Below are positions 18,761 through 28,082 of a stretch of 64,000 bases of DNA, piece by piece; positions within the stretch are counted from its first letter, which is position 1, and every line of letters starts with the position of its first letter. This stretch comes from Nocardioides sp. (GTDB lineage: Bacteria; Actinomycetota; Actinomycetes; Propionibacteriales; Nocardioidaceae). The notes under the pieces are model-generated. The model did not search any database and was not told where the DNA came from. It was given only the letters and a program-made list of their open reading frames with translations. The position numbers were made by a program, and so were the translations under genes. The stretch is taken from assembly GCF_035697785.1 (NCBI RefSeq), contig NZ_DASSCL010000012.1:736-64735 (forward strand), read 5' to 3'.

Positions 18761-19735
18761 TCACGGTGATCCCTCGGTGGCCAGCCGCCGCCACTCGCTG
18801 GGGAGGAGTCCGTACGCCGCCCGGAACCGGCGGGAGAAGTGACTGGGGTCCTTGAAGCCCCATCCGTAGGCGACCGACGCGATCGGCCGGGGACGAGCCG
18901 AGCGTGCGGCCAGCTCCGTCCTGGCGCCCTCGAGGCGTTTGCCGATGATGTACTGCTCGAGGCTGAGCCCGGCGCGTCGGCACACCCGGAACAGCTGGCG
19001 ACGGGAGACGGCGAGTGCCGCAGCCACGGAGTCCGGTGCCAGCATCGGGTCGCGCAGGTGCTGCCGGACGTAGGCGTGCACCTGGCTCAAGAGCGTCTCC
19101 TCGAAGACGTCCCGGGTGCGGGTGTCGCCTGGATCCGCAGCGTCCGCCAGAAGTGCCCGGACGAGGTGCGTGCTCGACTCACCGAGGTCGGCGGCCAGAG
19201 GTGACGCGCTCAAGGTGTCCGCGTCGGCGGTCAGGTCGACGACGTGACGGCTCACGATCCGATACAGCGGACTGCTGCGCAGCCGCCCCGCGGCCCGTTG
19301 GACGACCCGCAGCGGGAGCCCGAGGTCGGAGATGGGCACCTGCAGCGACGTGGACGAGCCGATGCCGCTCCAGGAGAAGTCGAACGGTCGGGTGATGTCG
19401 ACCATCATGAGCTCGCCGCTGCGGACGATCCGTTGTCCGGAGCTCGACTCATGTCGCCCCGAGCCCAGCCCGTGCACCGCGACCGCCACTGCCTCGTACG
19501 AGGCGCCGCGGGCCGCCCTCGCGTCGCGCACCAGGGTCACGCCGGTGCTGCGTGCGGTGAAGACGCGTGCACTCCCGAACTCCCAGAGGTCCAACCGCGC
19601 CGACACCCCGCTGGGCCCGGTCTCCAGGTCGACGTGGGTGGACCCGGAGGCCGCGAGCATCGCGTCGCGGAACGCGTCCGGCCGGTCGCCGGAGGGAACG
19701 TCTTCGGTGTCGAGCAGGACTGCCACTGGCCTCAC
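18761..19735 (-). CDS. AraC family transcriptional regulator (FeaR-like)
   Basis: C-terminal VAYGWGFKDPSHFSRRFRAAYG double HTH; N-terminal cupin-like domain. Confidence 0.9.
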   Translation of the reverse strand: MRPVAVLLDTEDVPSGDRPDAFRDAMLAASGSTHVDLETGPSGVSARLDLWEFGSARVFTARSTGVTLVRDARAARGASYEAVAVAVHGLGSGRHESSSGQRIVRSGELMMVDITRPFDFSWSGIGSSTSLQVPISDLGLPLRVVQRAAGRLRSSPLYRIVSRHVVDLTADADTLSASPLAADLGESSTHLVRALLADAADPGDTRTRDVFEETLLSQVHAYVRQHLRDPMLAPDSVAAALAVSRRQLFRVCRRAGLSLEQYIIGKRLEGARTELAARSARPRPIASVAYGWGFKDPSHFSRRFRAAYGLLPSEWRRLATEGSP

Positions 19736-19943
19736 CTCTGCTGGAAGGGAAGGGGTGCACCTCGAGCGACGCTAGGGGCGGGCGTCGCACCCGAACAAGA
19801 CAGGTTCGGGCCATTGACCACTTCGTCAAAATGGCACTCACAGCCGGAGTCATGGCGCGCACGGCCGGTTCGGGAGGCGGTCGAGCTCCCTAGCTTGAGT
19901 GCTCAGGGAGGCGACCGGCCTCACCCCGACCGAGCGGAGACCC

Positions 19944-20786
19944 ATGACCACGGAACAGAGTCCCGGCGCCGGCCCGGACACCGTCGTACTCGTCCACGGC
20001 CTGTGGATGACACCGCGCTCCTGGGAGCACTGGGTGTCCTACTACGAGGCCCGCGGGTACCGCACCCTGACCCCTGCCTACCCGGGGTTCGAGGTGGAGG
20101 TCGAGGCACTGCGCGAAAACCCGCAGGTGATCGCCGACGCCACCGTGCCCGAGACCGTCGACCACCTGGCCGGCGTGATCGGGGGCCTCGACAAGCCGCC
20201 GATCATCATGGGGCACTCCTTCGGTGGCACCCTCACGCAGCTGCTGCTTGCGCGCGGACTCGGCGCCGCCGGGGTGGTGATCAACTCGGCCCCGACGGAG
20301 GGCGTGCGGGTCAACCCCCCGTCGCAGATCAAGTCGCTCTTCCCGGTGCTGAACAACCCCGCGAAGCGGCACCGGGCCGCGGGGTTCACGCCGGAGCAGT
20401 TCCACTACGCCTTCACGAACACGTTGAGCCGCGAGGAGTCAGACAAGGTCTACGAGCGGTACCACATTCCGGCGCCCGGCAGCTGGGTCTGGGCTTACGG
20501 GCTGATCGCCAACTTCAAACCAGGTCACCAGGAGACCTGGGTCGACTACGGCAACGACGCCCGCGCGCCGCTGCTGTTCATCACCGGCGGTGAGGACCAC
20601 ATCATGCCCGCCTCGGTGAACAGGTCGAACGCGCGGCACTACGCCAAGTCCGCCTCTCTCACCGAGGTCTTCGACTTCCCCGGGCGGTCGCACTGGACCT
20701 GCGCCGAACCGGGTTGGGAAGCCGTCGCCGACAAGGCCCTCGACTGGGCTGCCACCCACGCGCGCACGGCGGTGAGCAGCGGCTGA
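19944..20786 (+). CDS. Alpha/beta hydrolase
   Basis: VHGLW oxyanion segment, GHSFGG nucleophile elbow, EDH Asp and SH His; GGAG RBS. Confidence 0.9.
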   Translation: MTTEQSPGAGPDTVVLVHGLWMTPRSWEHWVSYYEARGYRTLTPAYPGFEVEVEALRENPQVIADATVPETVDHLAGVIGGLDKPPIIMGHSFGGTLTQLLLARGLGAAGVVINSAPTEGVRVNPPSQIKSLFPVLNNPAKRHRAAGFTPEQFHYAFTNTLSREESDKVYERYHIPAPGSWVWAYGLIANFKPGHQETWVDYGNDARAPLLFITGGEDHIMPASVNRSNARHYAKSASLTEVFDFPGRSHWTCAEPGWEAVADKALDWAATHARTAVSSG

Positions 20787-20800
20787 CGGTGCCGGCTTGG

Positions 20801-21895
20801 TCAGGCACCTGCCATCGAGGCGGCCGGGTGCTGGCGGTGCCCGCAAGGTCCGTCCGCGCGCACGTCGAGCGTTGACGTCTCCACGTCGATCGCGACGGTG
20901 GCCAGCGTGCGGTGCCAGAGCACCGGGTCCATCGACCGGTCCGGGTGGCAGCAGATCCCGCCGACGTCACCCTCGGGCTCGTGGTCGGTCATCGCGTCCA
21001 GGACGGCCTGCGGCGTCGCGGGCGGGCCGTCGGCAAAGGCCGACTCGAGCTTGTCGAGCCGGGTGGCGCTCGAGGTGCTGATCGTCGCGGCCAGGCAGCC
21101 GTCGCGGCCTTCGGGTGAGACGAAGCTGTTGGTCCGCACGAGCAGACCGTCCCGGGTGTCGAGCCGGCCCGGCCCTCCCGGGAACAGCTCGAAGGTGGCG
21201 CCCGCACCGCTGCGGTCGAGCACGGTCAACGAGGTCGACGCCGACGTCGACTCCTGCACGATCTTCGCGGCGTCGTCGAGACAGGTCGCCTCGTCGAGGA
21301 TCCGGCGGCTGAGCAGGTGCACGGGGTAGCCGACCGTGCCTTCGGCGACCCGCTCGGCGTCGTTGGCGTGGTGCAGCATGTTGAGCATCACGCCGATGCC
21401 CTCGGCGTTGACGCCGATCTTGGCGAGCATGCCGTACTCCGTCACCGTCTCCACGACGCGGCCGTCGGGCTGCTGGAAGCGCCAGTGGAACCAGCCGTCC
21501 GACATCGCGTCGTACCAGTCCCAGGTCTGCACGGCGAACGGCGCCCCGCCCTGCGGCACGGAGATCACCGAGGAGCACTCGGTGACGCCGGTCGGGTTGG
21601 CCGCCACCAGGATCTCGGTGCGCGCGTTGATCGCGGCGATCTCGCGGACCGCGCGGCCCGACCCCTCGGCGATGCCGGCGATCTCGTCCGCGTGCTCGGG
21701 TGCCAGCCGGGTGATGGCGTCCCAGGCGCGGTCGGCCCACAGGTCCACGTCGAAGGGGCGGCCGGCCCGGACCCCGAACAGGCGGCGGTACGCCGCGACC
21801 GTCGTACCGATCTCGGAGCGGAACCGCTCGCCGAGCTCGATGCCGCGCTCGCGGGGCGGCAGGACGGAGGAGGTGAACGTCACGGTGCGGGTCAC
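20801..21895 (-). CDS. C45 family autoproteolytic acyltransferase/peptidase
   Basis: INARTE, ECSS autocleavage Cys, QTWDW, GVNAEGIGVMLN, RTNSF. Confidence 0.85.
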   Translation of the reverse strand: MTRTVTFTSSVLPPRERGIELGERFRSEIGTTVAAYRRLFGVRAGRPFDVDLWADRAWDAITRLAPEHADEIAGIAEGSGRAVREIAAINARTEILVAANPTGVTECSSVISVPQGGAPFAVQTWDWYDAMSDGWFHWRFQQPDGRVVETVTEYGMLAKIGVNAEGIGVMLNMLHHANDAERVAEGTVGYPVHLLSRRILDEATCLDDAAKIVQESTSASTSLTVLDRSGAGATFELFPGGPGRLDTRDGLLVRTNSFVSPEGRDGCLAATISTSSATRLDKLESAFADGPPATPQAVLDAMTDHEPEGDVGGICCHPDRSMDPVLWHRTLATVAIDVETSTLDVRADGPCGHRQHPAASMAGA

Positions 21896-21913
21896 TCCGC
21901 CACGATATCCACC

Positions 21914-21969
21914 CCGATATCGGTAGCCCGACCGTGACCCATGGCTCACGCCACCGCTACCGATATCGG
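21914..21969. repeat. 56-bp hairpin element, family 2, copy X
   Basis: 14-bp inverted repeat CCGATATCGGTAGC/GCTACCGATATCGG; about 41/56 ungapped identity to 24923..24978. Confidence 0.75.
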
Positions 21970-21974
21970 TTGGT

Positions 21975-23549
21975 TCAGCGTGGGACGCGAACGAGGAGCC
22001 GGCCGTGCAGCACTTCGCAGTGCATCTCCTTGCCGGCCCCGATGGAGTCCCCGTCGAGCTGGCGCGGCGTCTCGGCTCCGGCCCGGATGCTGACCTTCTT
22101 GCCGGTCATCCGGTTCACCAGCTCGTCGGTGCGCTTGCCCTTGCGGAGCACGCGCAGCGCCAGCGGGATCCAGGACAGGAACCGGCTCGGGTGTAGCACC
22201 ACGATGTCGAGGATCCCGTCGTCGATCGAGGCGTCGGGCAGCAGCGGCATCCCGGCCGTGAGGTAGCCGACGTTCCCGACCACGACGGTGCGGGCCCGGT
22301 GCCTGGTCCACGGGCCGTCGTCGACGGAGATCTCCAGCCGCACCGGCGGGAACATCAGATTGCGCATCCCCGAGACCACGTAGGCCAGCCAGCCGACCTT
22401 GGCCTTGATCTCCTCGCTGGCCCCCTCCATGATCGCCGCGTCGAATCCCATCCCGGCCATCACCAGGAAGTGCTCGTCGTCGGCGATGCCGTCACCGGAG
22501 ATCCGCACCAGGTCGATCGCCCGGTCCTGCCCGTTCAGGGCGACGTCGATCGCAGCGTTGAGGTACAGGGGTACGTCGAGGTTGCGGGCGAGCAGGTTGC
22601 CGGTGCCCGCGGGCAGCACGCCCACGGCGACGCCGGTGCCCGCGAGCTCGGCGCACACGGTCCGCACGGTGCCGTCGCCGCCGCAGACGAGCACCAGGTC
22701 GGCACCGTCGATCGCGGCCCGCTCGGCCATCGCCCGGCCCGGGTCCTCGATCGTGGTCTCGTGCCACATGGGACGGCTCCACCCGGCCTCGGCGGCGAGC
22801 TTCTCCACGAGTGCCTTGAAGACGGTGATGTCCTCGACCTTGATCGGGTTCAGCACGACCGCCAGCCGCTTCGACGTGGGCACCGAGCCACTGAGCACCT
22901 CGGGCGTCCGCGGCCGGTGGGACGGGTCGTACACGGCGGCGCCGGCCAGCACCCAGAACGCGCCCACGGCGTAGCCCGCGATCACGTCGGTCAGGTTGTG
23001 CACGCCCAGCAAGATCCGGTCGGCGCCGACCAGCAGCACCAGCGTGAGGGCGGCGACCGTCAGCCCCCGGCGCACCGACGCGCGCCGCACCAGCATGGCG
23101 CTCAGCACCAGGACGACGCCCGCACCGGAGGCGATCCCCGAGGCGTGCCCCGACGGGAACGAGTAGCTGGTCAGCAGGTGCAGCGGGTCCTCGAACACGG
23201 GTCGGTCGCGCTCCACCCAGCGCTTGAGGAAGAACGTCGTGAGGGACGCGCCGAGCATCACCCCGACGGTCCAGTACGCCGCCCGCCGGTGCTTGCGCGC
23301 GAACAGCATCACCGCGCCGACGCCGGTGTAGACCGTCATCGCGAGCGTGCCGAAGGCGGCGTCCACGAAGAGCAGGAAGCGCACCAGGCCGTCCTGGGGT
23401 GCGGTCCAGGTGTACGCCGCGTCGCCGACCTGCTCGTCGACACCGCCGAGCAGGTCGTAGTGCACGGTCAGGGCCAGCGCGGCCACCACCAGCGCGCACA
23501 GCACCGCCCACACCCAGAGGGCGCGGCGGGTACGGGCACTGATCGGCAC
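21975..23549 (-). CDS. PAP2 phosphatase - diacylglycerol kinase (YegS/Rv2252/BmrU family) fusion
   Basis: KRWVERDRP, SFPSGHA, RILLGVHNLTD (PAP2), then NPIK, GGDGTV, PAGTGNLLARNL, GMGFDA (DAGK). Confidence 0.9.
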   Translation of the reverse strand: MPISARTRRALWVWAVLCALVVAALALTVHYDLLGGVDEQVGDAAYTWTAPQDGLVRFLLFVDAAFGTLAMTVYTGVGAVMLFARKHRRAAYWTVGVMLGASLTTFFLKRWVERDRPVFEDPLHLLTSYSFPSGHASGIASGAGVVLVLSAMLVRRASVRRGLTVAALTLVLLVGADRILLGVHNLTDVIAGYAVGAFWVLAGAAVYDPSHRPRTPEVLSGSVPTSKRLAVVLNPIKVEDITVFKALVEKLAAEAGWSRPMWHETTIEDPGRAMAERAAIDGADLVLVCGGDGTVRTVCAELAGTGVAVGVLPAGTGNLLARNLDVPLYLNAAIDVALNGQDRAIDLVRISGDGIADDEHFLVMAGMGFDAAIMEGASEEIKAKVGWLAYVVSGMRNLMFPPVRLEISVDDGPWTRHRARTVVVGNVGYLTAGMPLLPDASIDDGILDIVVLHPSRFLSWIPLALRVLRKGKRTDELVNRMTGKKVSIRAGAETPRQLDGDSIGAGKEMHCEVLHGRLLVRVPR

Positions 23550-23724
23550 GGGGTTGCTCCGGCGGTCGGGGGCAGAACGGCGTAAGTATGACCGGTGGCC
23601 GGGACCCGGCCGGGCGGCGGGCGCGGCACCGGTTCGTACACTCGACAGTGCCCGAACGACTCACGATCCAGTCGTGGCCTTCGCGGCCCAGTCGTTGTCC
23701 GAGCGAGCCCACCCGGGGGTGCCG

Positions 23725-24915
23725 ATGTCCACCCTCCTCGCCACGCTCGGCACGGCACTGGCCGGTCCGGCGCTGCTCCTGGGCGGCACCTACCCGGGCT
23801 ACGGCACCCTGGCGGGCCCGACCGTGCCTGCGACCGTCGAGGCCGCCGTCGCCGCGTCGGACCCGGCGCCCGAGACCGGCGGGGCGGTGCGTTTCAACGA
23901 CCCGAGCGGCGGCAGGTCCCGGCAGTTCACGTTGGTGCGCCGCATCGACCGGGCGATCCGTGGCGCCGACGCCGGCGCGACGGTCCGGCTCGCGGCGTAC
24001 TCCTTCGCGATGCCCTCCACGGCACAAGCACTCCTCGCCGCGCACGCACGCGGCGCGCAAGTGCAGGTCGTGGTCGACGACCACTCTTCGCACTGGGGCG
24101 CGGTGCGGCGGCTGCGCGACCGCCTGGGCACCGACACGTCGGCCGCGTCCTTCGTCAAGGTGTGCCGGCTGTCCTGCCGCGGCGGTCGCGGCAACCAGCA
24201 CGCCAAGTTCGTCACGGTGTCGTCCGGGTCGATGGGCGACGACCTGGTGATGGTCGGCTCGCTGAACCTGACGAACTTCAGCTCGCAGCGGCAGTGGAAC
24301 GACCTGTACGTCGCGTCCGACCGCGGCGCGCACGACCAGCTCGTGGACGTGTTCCGGCGGTTGGCAGACGACCGACCGCAGGGGCGGCTCGCAGTGCGCG
24401 AGACGTCGAAGGGTTTCGAGACCGACCTGGCGCCGTACACCACGGGCGCCGGCGGCGACCCGATCAAGCGCCGCCTGGACCGGGTGCGCTGCCAGGGCAC
24501 GTCCCTGCTGTCCGGGAGGAACGGGCGGACCGTCGTGCGCGTGGCGATGCACGCCTGGAACGGTGACCGCGGCATCGACCTCGCCCGCCGCGTCGCCCGG
24601 CTGCACCGGCGCGGTTGTGACGTGAAGGTGCTGTACGGCGTCGGCATGGGCCGTGCCGTCGCGACCATCCTCCGGACCAGCGGCGTACCCGTCCGCGACA
24701 GCAACAACAACGGACGCCGGGTCCACCACAAGGTGATGGTCCTGTCGGGGGTGCTGGGCAGCCAGATCGACGCCAACTACGTGTGGACCGGGTCGCACAA
24801 CTGGTCGGACCGCTCCCTGCGCAACGACGAGATCATGTTCCGCATCGCCGGACGGCACCTCGTGCAGGCCTACCTCGCCAACTTCCGCACCATGTGGCGA
24901 GCCGCCGCCCGCTGA
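23725..24915 (+). CDS. Secreted phospholipase D-like (two HxK motif) protein
   Basis: Signal-like N-terminus; QHAKF...GSLN and HHKVM...GSHNWS; GGGGG element 5 nt upstream of the ATG. Confidence 0.8.
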   Translation: MSTLLATLGTALAGPALLLGGTYPGYGTLAGPTVPATVEAAVAASDPAPETGGAVRFNDPSGGRSRQFTLVRRIDRAIRGADAGATVRLAAYSFAMPSTAQALLAAHARGAQVQVVVDDHSSHWGAVRRLRDRLGTDTSAASFVKVCRLSCRGGRGNQHAKFVTVSSGSMGDDLVMVGSLNLTNFSSQRQWNDLYVASDRGAHDQLVDVFRRLADDRPQGRLAVRETSKGFETDLAPYTTGAGGDPIKRRLDRVRCQGTSLLSGRNGRTVVRVAMHAWNGDRGIDLARRVARLHRRGCDVKVLYGVGMGRAVATILRTSGVPVRDSNNNGRRVHHKVMVLSGVLGSQIDANYVWTGSHNWSDRSLRNDEIMFRIAGRHLVQAYLANFRTMWRAAAR

Positions 24916-24922
24916 CTCCCCA

Positions 24923-24978
24923 CCGATATCGGTATGCCTACGGTGATCCATAGGTCACGGTAGGGAAACCGACATCGT
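24923..24978. repeat. 56-bp hairpin element, family 2, copy Y
   Basis: Imperfect 25-bp stem; same length and termini as 21914..21969. Confidence 0.7.
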
Positions 24979-24993
24979 GGATAGGCTGAGCGG

Positions 24994-26271
24994 ATGATCG
25001 ACCCACGACTGCTCCGAGACGACCCCGACCGGATCCGCGCCGCCCAGACCAAGCGCGGCCTCTCCGCGGACGTGGTCGACCGGGCCCTGGCCGCGGACGA
25101 GCAGCGCCGGTCGTCCATCGCCGAGTTCGAGCGGCTGCGGGCGGAGCAGAAGCAGCTCGGGGCGCAGATCCCGAAGGCTCAGGGCGACGAGAAGCAGCAG
25201 CTGTTGGCGCGCACCAAGGACCTCGCGGCCGCGGTCAAGAAGGCCGAGCAGGCGCAGGGTGAGGCCGAGGAGGCCTACCGCGCGGCGATGACGTCGATCC
25301 CCAACCCAGCCGCCGACGAGGCACCGGCCGGTGGCGAGGACAACTTCGTGGTGCTCGAGGAGATCGGCACTCCGCGAGACTTCGCCGCCGAGGGCTTCGA
25401 GCCGCGCGACCACATCGAGCTCGGGCGGATGCTCGGCGCGATCGACCTCGACCGGGGTGCGAAGGTGTCGGGCGCCCGGTTCTACTACCTGACCGGCGCC
25501 GGCGCCGACCTCGAGCTCGCGCTGGTGAACCTCGCGATGGACCAGGCCCGACAGGCCGGCTTCACCACCGTGATCCCGCCCGCGATCGTGAAGCCACGCG
25601 CCATGGACGGCACCGGCTTCCTCGGCCAGGCCGCGGACGACGTCTACCGGATCGAGGGCGAGGAGCTCTACCTCGTCGGTACGTCGGAGGTACCGCTCGC
25701 GGCGTACCACTCCGACGAGATACTCGACGTCGAGTCGCTGCCGCGCCGTTATGCGGCGTTCAGCCCGTGCTACCGGAAGGAGGCAGGCTCCCACGGCAAG
25801 GACACCCGCGGCATCATCCGCGTGCACTGGTTCGACAAGGTCGAGATGTTCACCTACACCACCGTCGAGCAGTCCTTCGCCGAGCACCAGCGGCTGCTGG
25901 CCTGGGAGAAGGAGTTCCTCACCAAGCTGGGCCTGGCCTTCCGGGTCATCGACGTGGCCGCCGGCGACCTCGGGCTGTCCGCGCAGCGCAAGTTCGACTG
26001 CGAGGCGTGGATCCCCACCCAGGGCCGCTACCGCGAGCTCACGTCCACGTCGAACTGCACCGACTTCCAGGCCCGCCGGCTCGACATCCGGGGTCGCTTC
26101 CCGCAGGGAACGCGGCCGCTGGCGACCCTGAACGGCACGCTGTGCGCCATGACCCGCACCATCGTGGCGATCCTCGAGACCCACCAGCAGGCCGACGGGT
26201 CGGTGCGCGTCCCCGAGGCGTTGCAGCCCTACCTGCAGGGCCGCGAGGTCCTCACCCCGGTGGCGCGTTGA
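24994..26271 (+). CDS. serS: Serine--tRNA ligase
   Basis: [55 protein letters not shown]; TAGGCT -10 box 6 nt upstream (leaderless). Confidence 0.97.
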   Translation: MIDPRLLRDDPDRIRAAQTKRGLSADVVDRALAADEQRRSSIAEFERLRAEQKQLGAQIPKAQGDEKQQLLARTKDLAAAVKKAEQAQGEAEEAYRAAMTSIPNPAADEAPAGGEDNFVVLEEIGTPRDFAAEGFEPRDHIELGRMLGAIDLDRGAKVSGARFYYLTGAGADLELALVNLAMDQARQAGFTTVIPPAIVKPRAMDGTGFLGQAADDVYRIEGEELYLVGTSEVPLAAYHSDEILDVESLPRRYAAFSPCYRKEAGSHGKDTRGIIRVHWFDKVEMFTYTTVEQSFAEHQRLLAWEKEFLTKLGLAFRVIDVAAGDLGLSAQRKFDCEAWIPTQGRYRELTSTSNCTDFQARRLDIRGRFPQGTRPLATLNGTLCAMTRTIVAILETHQQADGSVRVPEALQPYLQGREVLTPVAR

Positions 26272-26311
26272 ACACCCCACGCGGCCGCGCACGCTTCCGT
26301 GGGGACGTCGA

Positions 26312-27145
26312 GTGAGCGCCGACTGGACCGGGTTCACGCCGAAGCTGATCGCGCTGGACATCGACGGCACCCTCTACGCCAACGTGCCGTCGACGGGCGG
26401 GGTCGCGGAGGTGATCACTCCGGCGGTGAAGGACGCGATCGACCGGGCCGTCGACGCGGGTGCGCACATCGTGCTCTCCACGGGCCGCTCGGCGTTCAGC
26501 ATCACCGAGGTCTGGGACCAGCTCGGCCTGCCCCGCAGCGGGGACGGCACGGTGCTGACGGTGGCGAGCAACGGCTCGGTGGTGTTCTCCTACCCGCCGG
26601 TCGAGGTTCTCAGCACGATCACCTTCGACGCCAGCCAGATCGTCTCGATGCTGATGGAGCACGTGCCCGATGCCGCCGTCGCGGTCGAGGAGATCGGTGT
26701 CGGCTACCGGATCAACCGGCCGTTCCCCGACGGGGAGATCACCGGCGAGATGAAGATCGAGCCGGTCGAGAACCTCGTCGCCGAACCCGTCACCCGCGTC
26801 ATCATCCGCGACCCGCACTCCTCGGAGGCGGAGTTCGTGGCGCTCGCCGAGAAGGTCGGCCTGCAGGGCACCAACTACTTCATCGGCTGGACCGCCTGGC
26901 TCGACCTCGCGCCGGACGGCGTCTCCAAGGCCTCCGCCCTCGCCGACGTCGCCGAGCGGCTCGGTGTCGACCGGGCGAACGTGCTGGCCATCGGCGACGG
27001 CCGTAACGATGTCGAGATGCTCGAGTGGGCCGGCCGAGGGGTCGCCATGGGACAGGCGCCGCTGGAGGTGCAGGAGGCCGCCGACTACGTCACCGAGACC
27101 GTCCACAACGACGGCGTCGCCCTCGAGCTGTCCCGCTGGTTCTGA
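26312..27145 (+). CDS. Cof-type HAD hydrolase
   Basis: ALDIDGT, STGR, SK, GDGRND motifs. Confidence 0.9.
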   Translation: MSADWTGFTPKLIALDIDGTLYANVPSTGGVAEVITPAVKDAIDRAVDAGAHIVLSTGRSAFSITEVWDQLGLPRSGDGTVLTVASNGSVVFSYPPVEVLSTITFDASQIVSMLMEHVPDAAVAVEEIGVGYRINRPFPDGEITGEMKIEPVENLVAEPVTRVIIRDPHSSEAEFVALAEKVGLQGTNYFIGWTAWLDLAPDGVSKASALADVAERLGVDRANVLAIGDGRNDVEMLEWAGRGVAMGQAPLEVQEAADYVTETVHNDGVALELSRWF

Positions 27146-27150
27146 CCCCC

Positions 27151-27217
27151 CGGATACGACGCGACGTTCTTGCGGTTTCCCGGGCCCCAACACAGCAAAC
27201 CCGTCGCGTCGTATCGG
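27151..27217. repeat. Palindromic intergenic element (14-bp perfect inverted repeat)
   Basis: GATACGACGCGACG (27153-27166) / CGTCGCGTCGTATC (27202-27215). Confidence 0.65.
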
Positions 27218-27247
27218 GGTGGGGCCGCGGGTGACAGACTCTGCGCC

Positions 27248-28066
27248 GTGCTCAAGCTCGTGGCGACCGACCTCGACGGCACCCTGCTGCGCAGCGACGG
27301 CACCGTCTCGCCGCGCACCCGGCGGACGCTCGACGCGCTGGAGCACCGCGGCGTCACCGTCGTCTTCGTGACCGGCCGGCCGGTGCGCTGGATGGACTCG
27401 CTCTGGCAGCACGTCGGCGGGCACGGCCTCGCGGTCTGCTCCAACGGCGGCATCGTGTACGACGTCGCGACGCACCGGGTGCGCAGCTACCGGCCGATCC
27501 CGGTCGACGTCGGGCTCGAGGTGGTGGCACGGCTGCGCACAGGGATCCCCGGCAGCACGTTCGCGCTGGAGCGCACGGACGGGTTCGCCAAGGAGCCCGA
27601 CTTCCGCGAGCGGAACCCGCCACCGGACTCCCTCGACGTCGGGCCGATCGAGGAGATCTTCGACGAGCACACGGTGAAGCTGCTCACTCGGCACCTGGAC
27701 CACGACCCCGAGGACTTCTGGCTGTCCGCCGACCGGCTCGTCGGCGACCTGGTCACGACCACCTGGTCGTCGGTGGGTGCGCTGGTGGAGATCAGCGCCG
27801 CCGGGGTCACCAAGGCCTCCACCCTGGAGCTGCTCTGCCAGGAGCAGGGCGTGCAGCCCGACGAGGTGGTGGCGTTCGGCGACATGCCCAACGACCTGCC
27901 GATGCTGGCCTGGGCCGGCACGTCGTTCGCGATGGCCGACGCACACCCGACGGTGCTCGACCTCGCCGACCACATCGCGCCCGGGCACGACGACGACGGT
28001 GTCGCGGCGATGCTGGAGGACCTGTTCGGCCTCGATCCCGGCGAGACTCGCGAGGACGCTTCCTGA
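27248..28066 (+). CDS. Cof-type HAD hydrolase
   Basis: ATDLDGTLL, VTGRP, TK, GDMPND motifs; tandem paralog. Confidence 0.9.
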   Translation: MLKLVATDLDGTLLRSDGTVSPRTRRTLDALEHRGVTVVFVTGRPVRWMDSLWQHVGGHGLAVCSNGGIVYDVATHRVRSYRPIPVDVGLEVVARLRTGIPGSTFALERTDGFAKEPDFRERNPPPDSLDVGPIEEIFDEHTVKLLTRHLDHDPEDFWLSADRLVGDLVTTTWSSVGALVEISAAGVTKASTLELLCQEQGVQPDEVVAFGDMPNDLPMLAWAGTSFAMADAHPTVLDLADHIAPGHDDDGVAAMLEDLFGLDPGETREDAS

Positions 28067-28082
28067 GAGCGGCTGGCCGTGG

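Noticed and set aside
21901-21970. CCGATATCGG palindromes as transcription-factor operators for the C45 peptidase
   Set aside because: They form the arms of a 56-bp hairpin that recurs at 24923 in an unrelated context, so a dispersed repeat explains them better; an operator role is not fully excluded.
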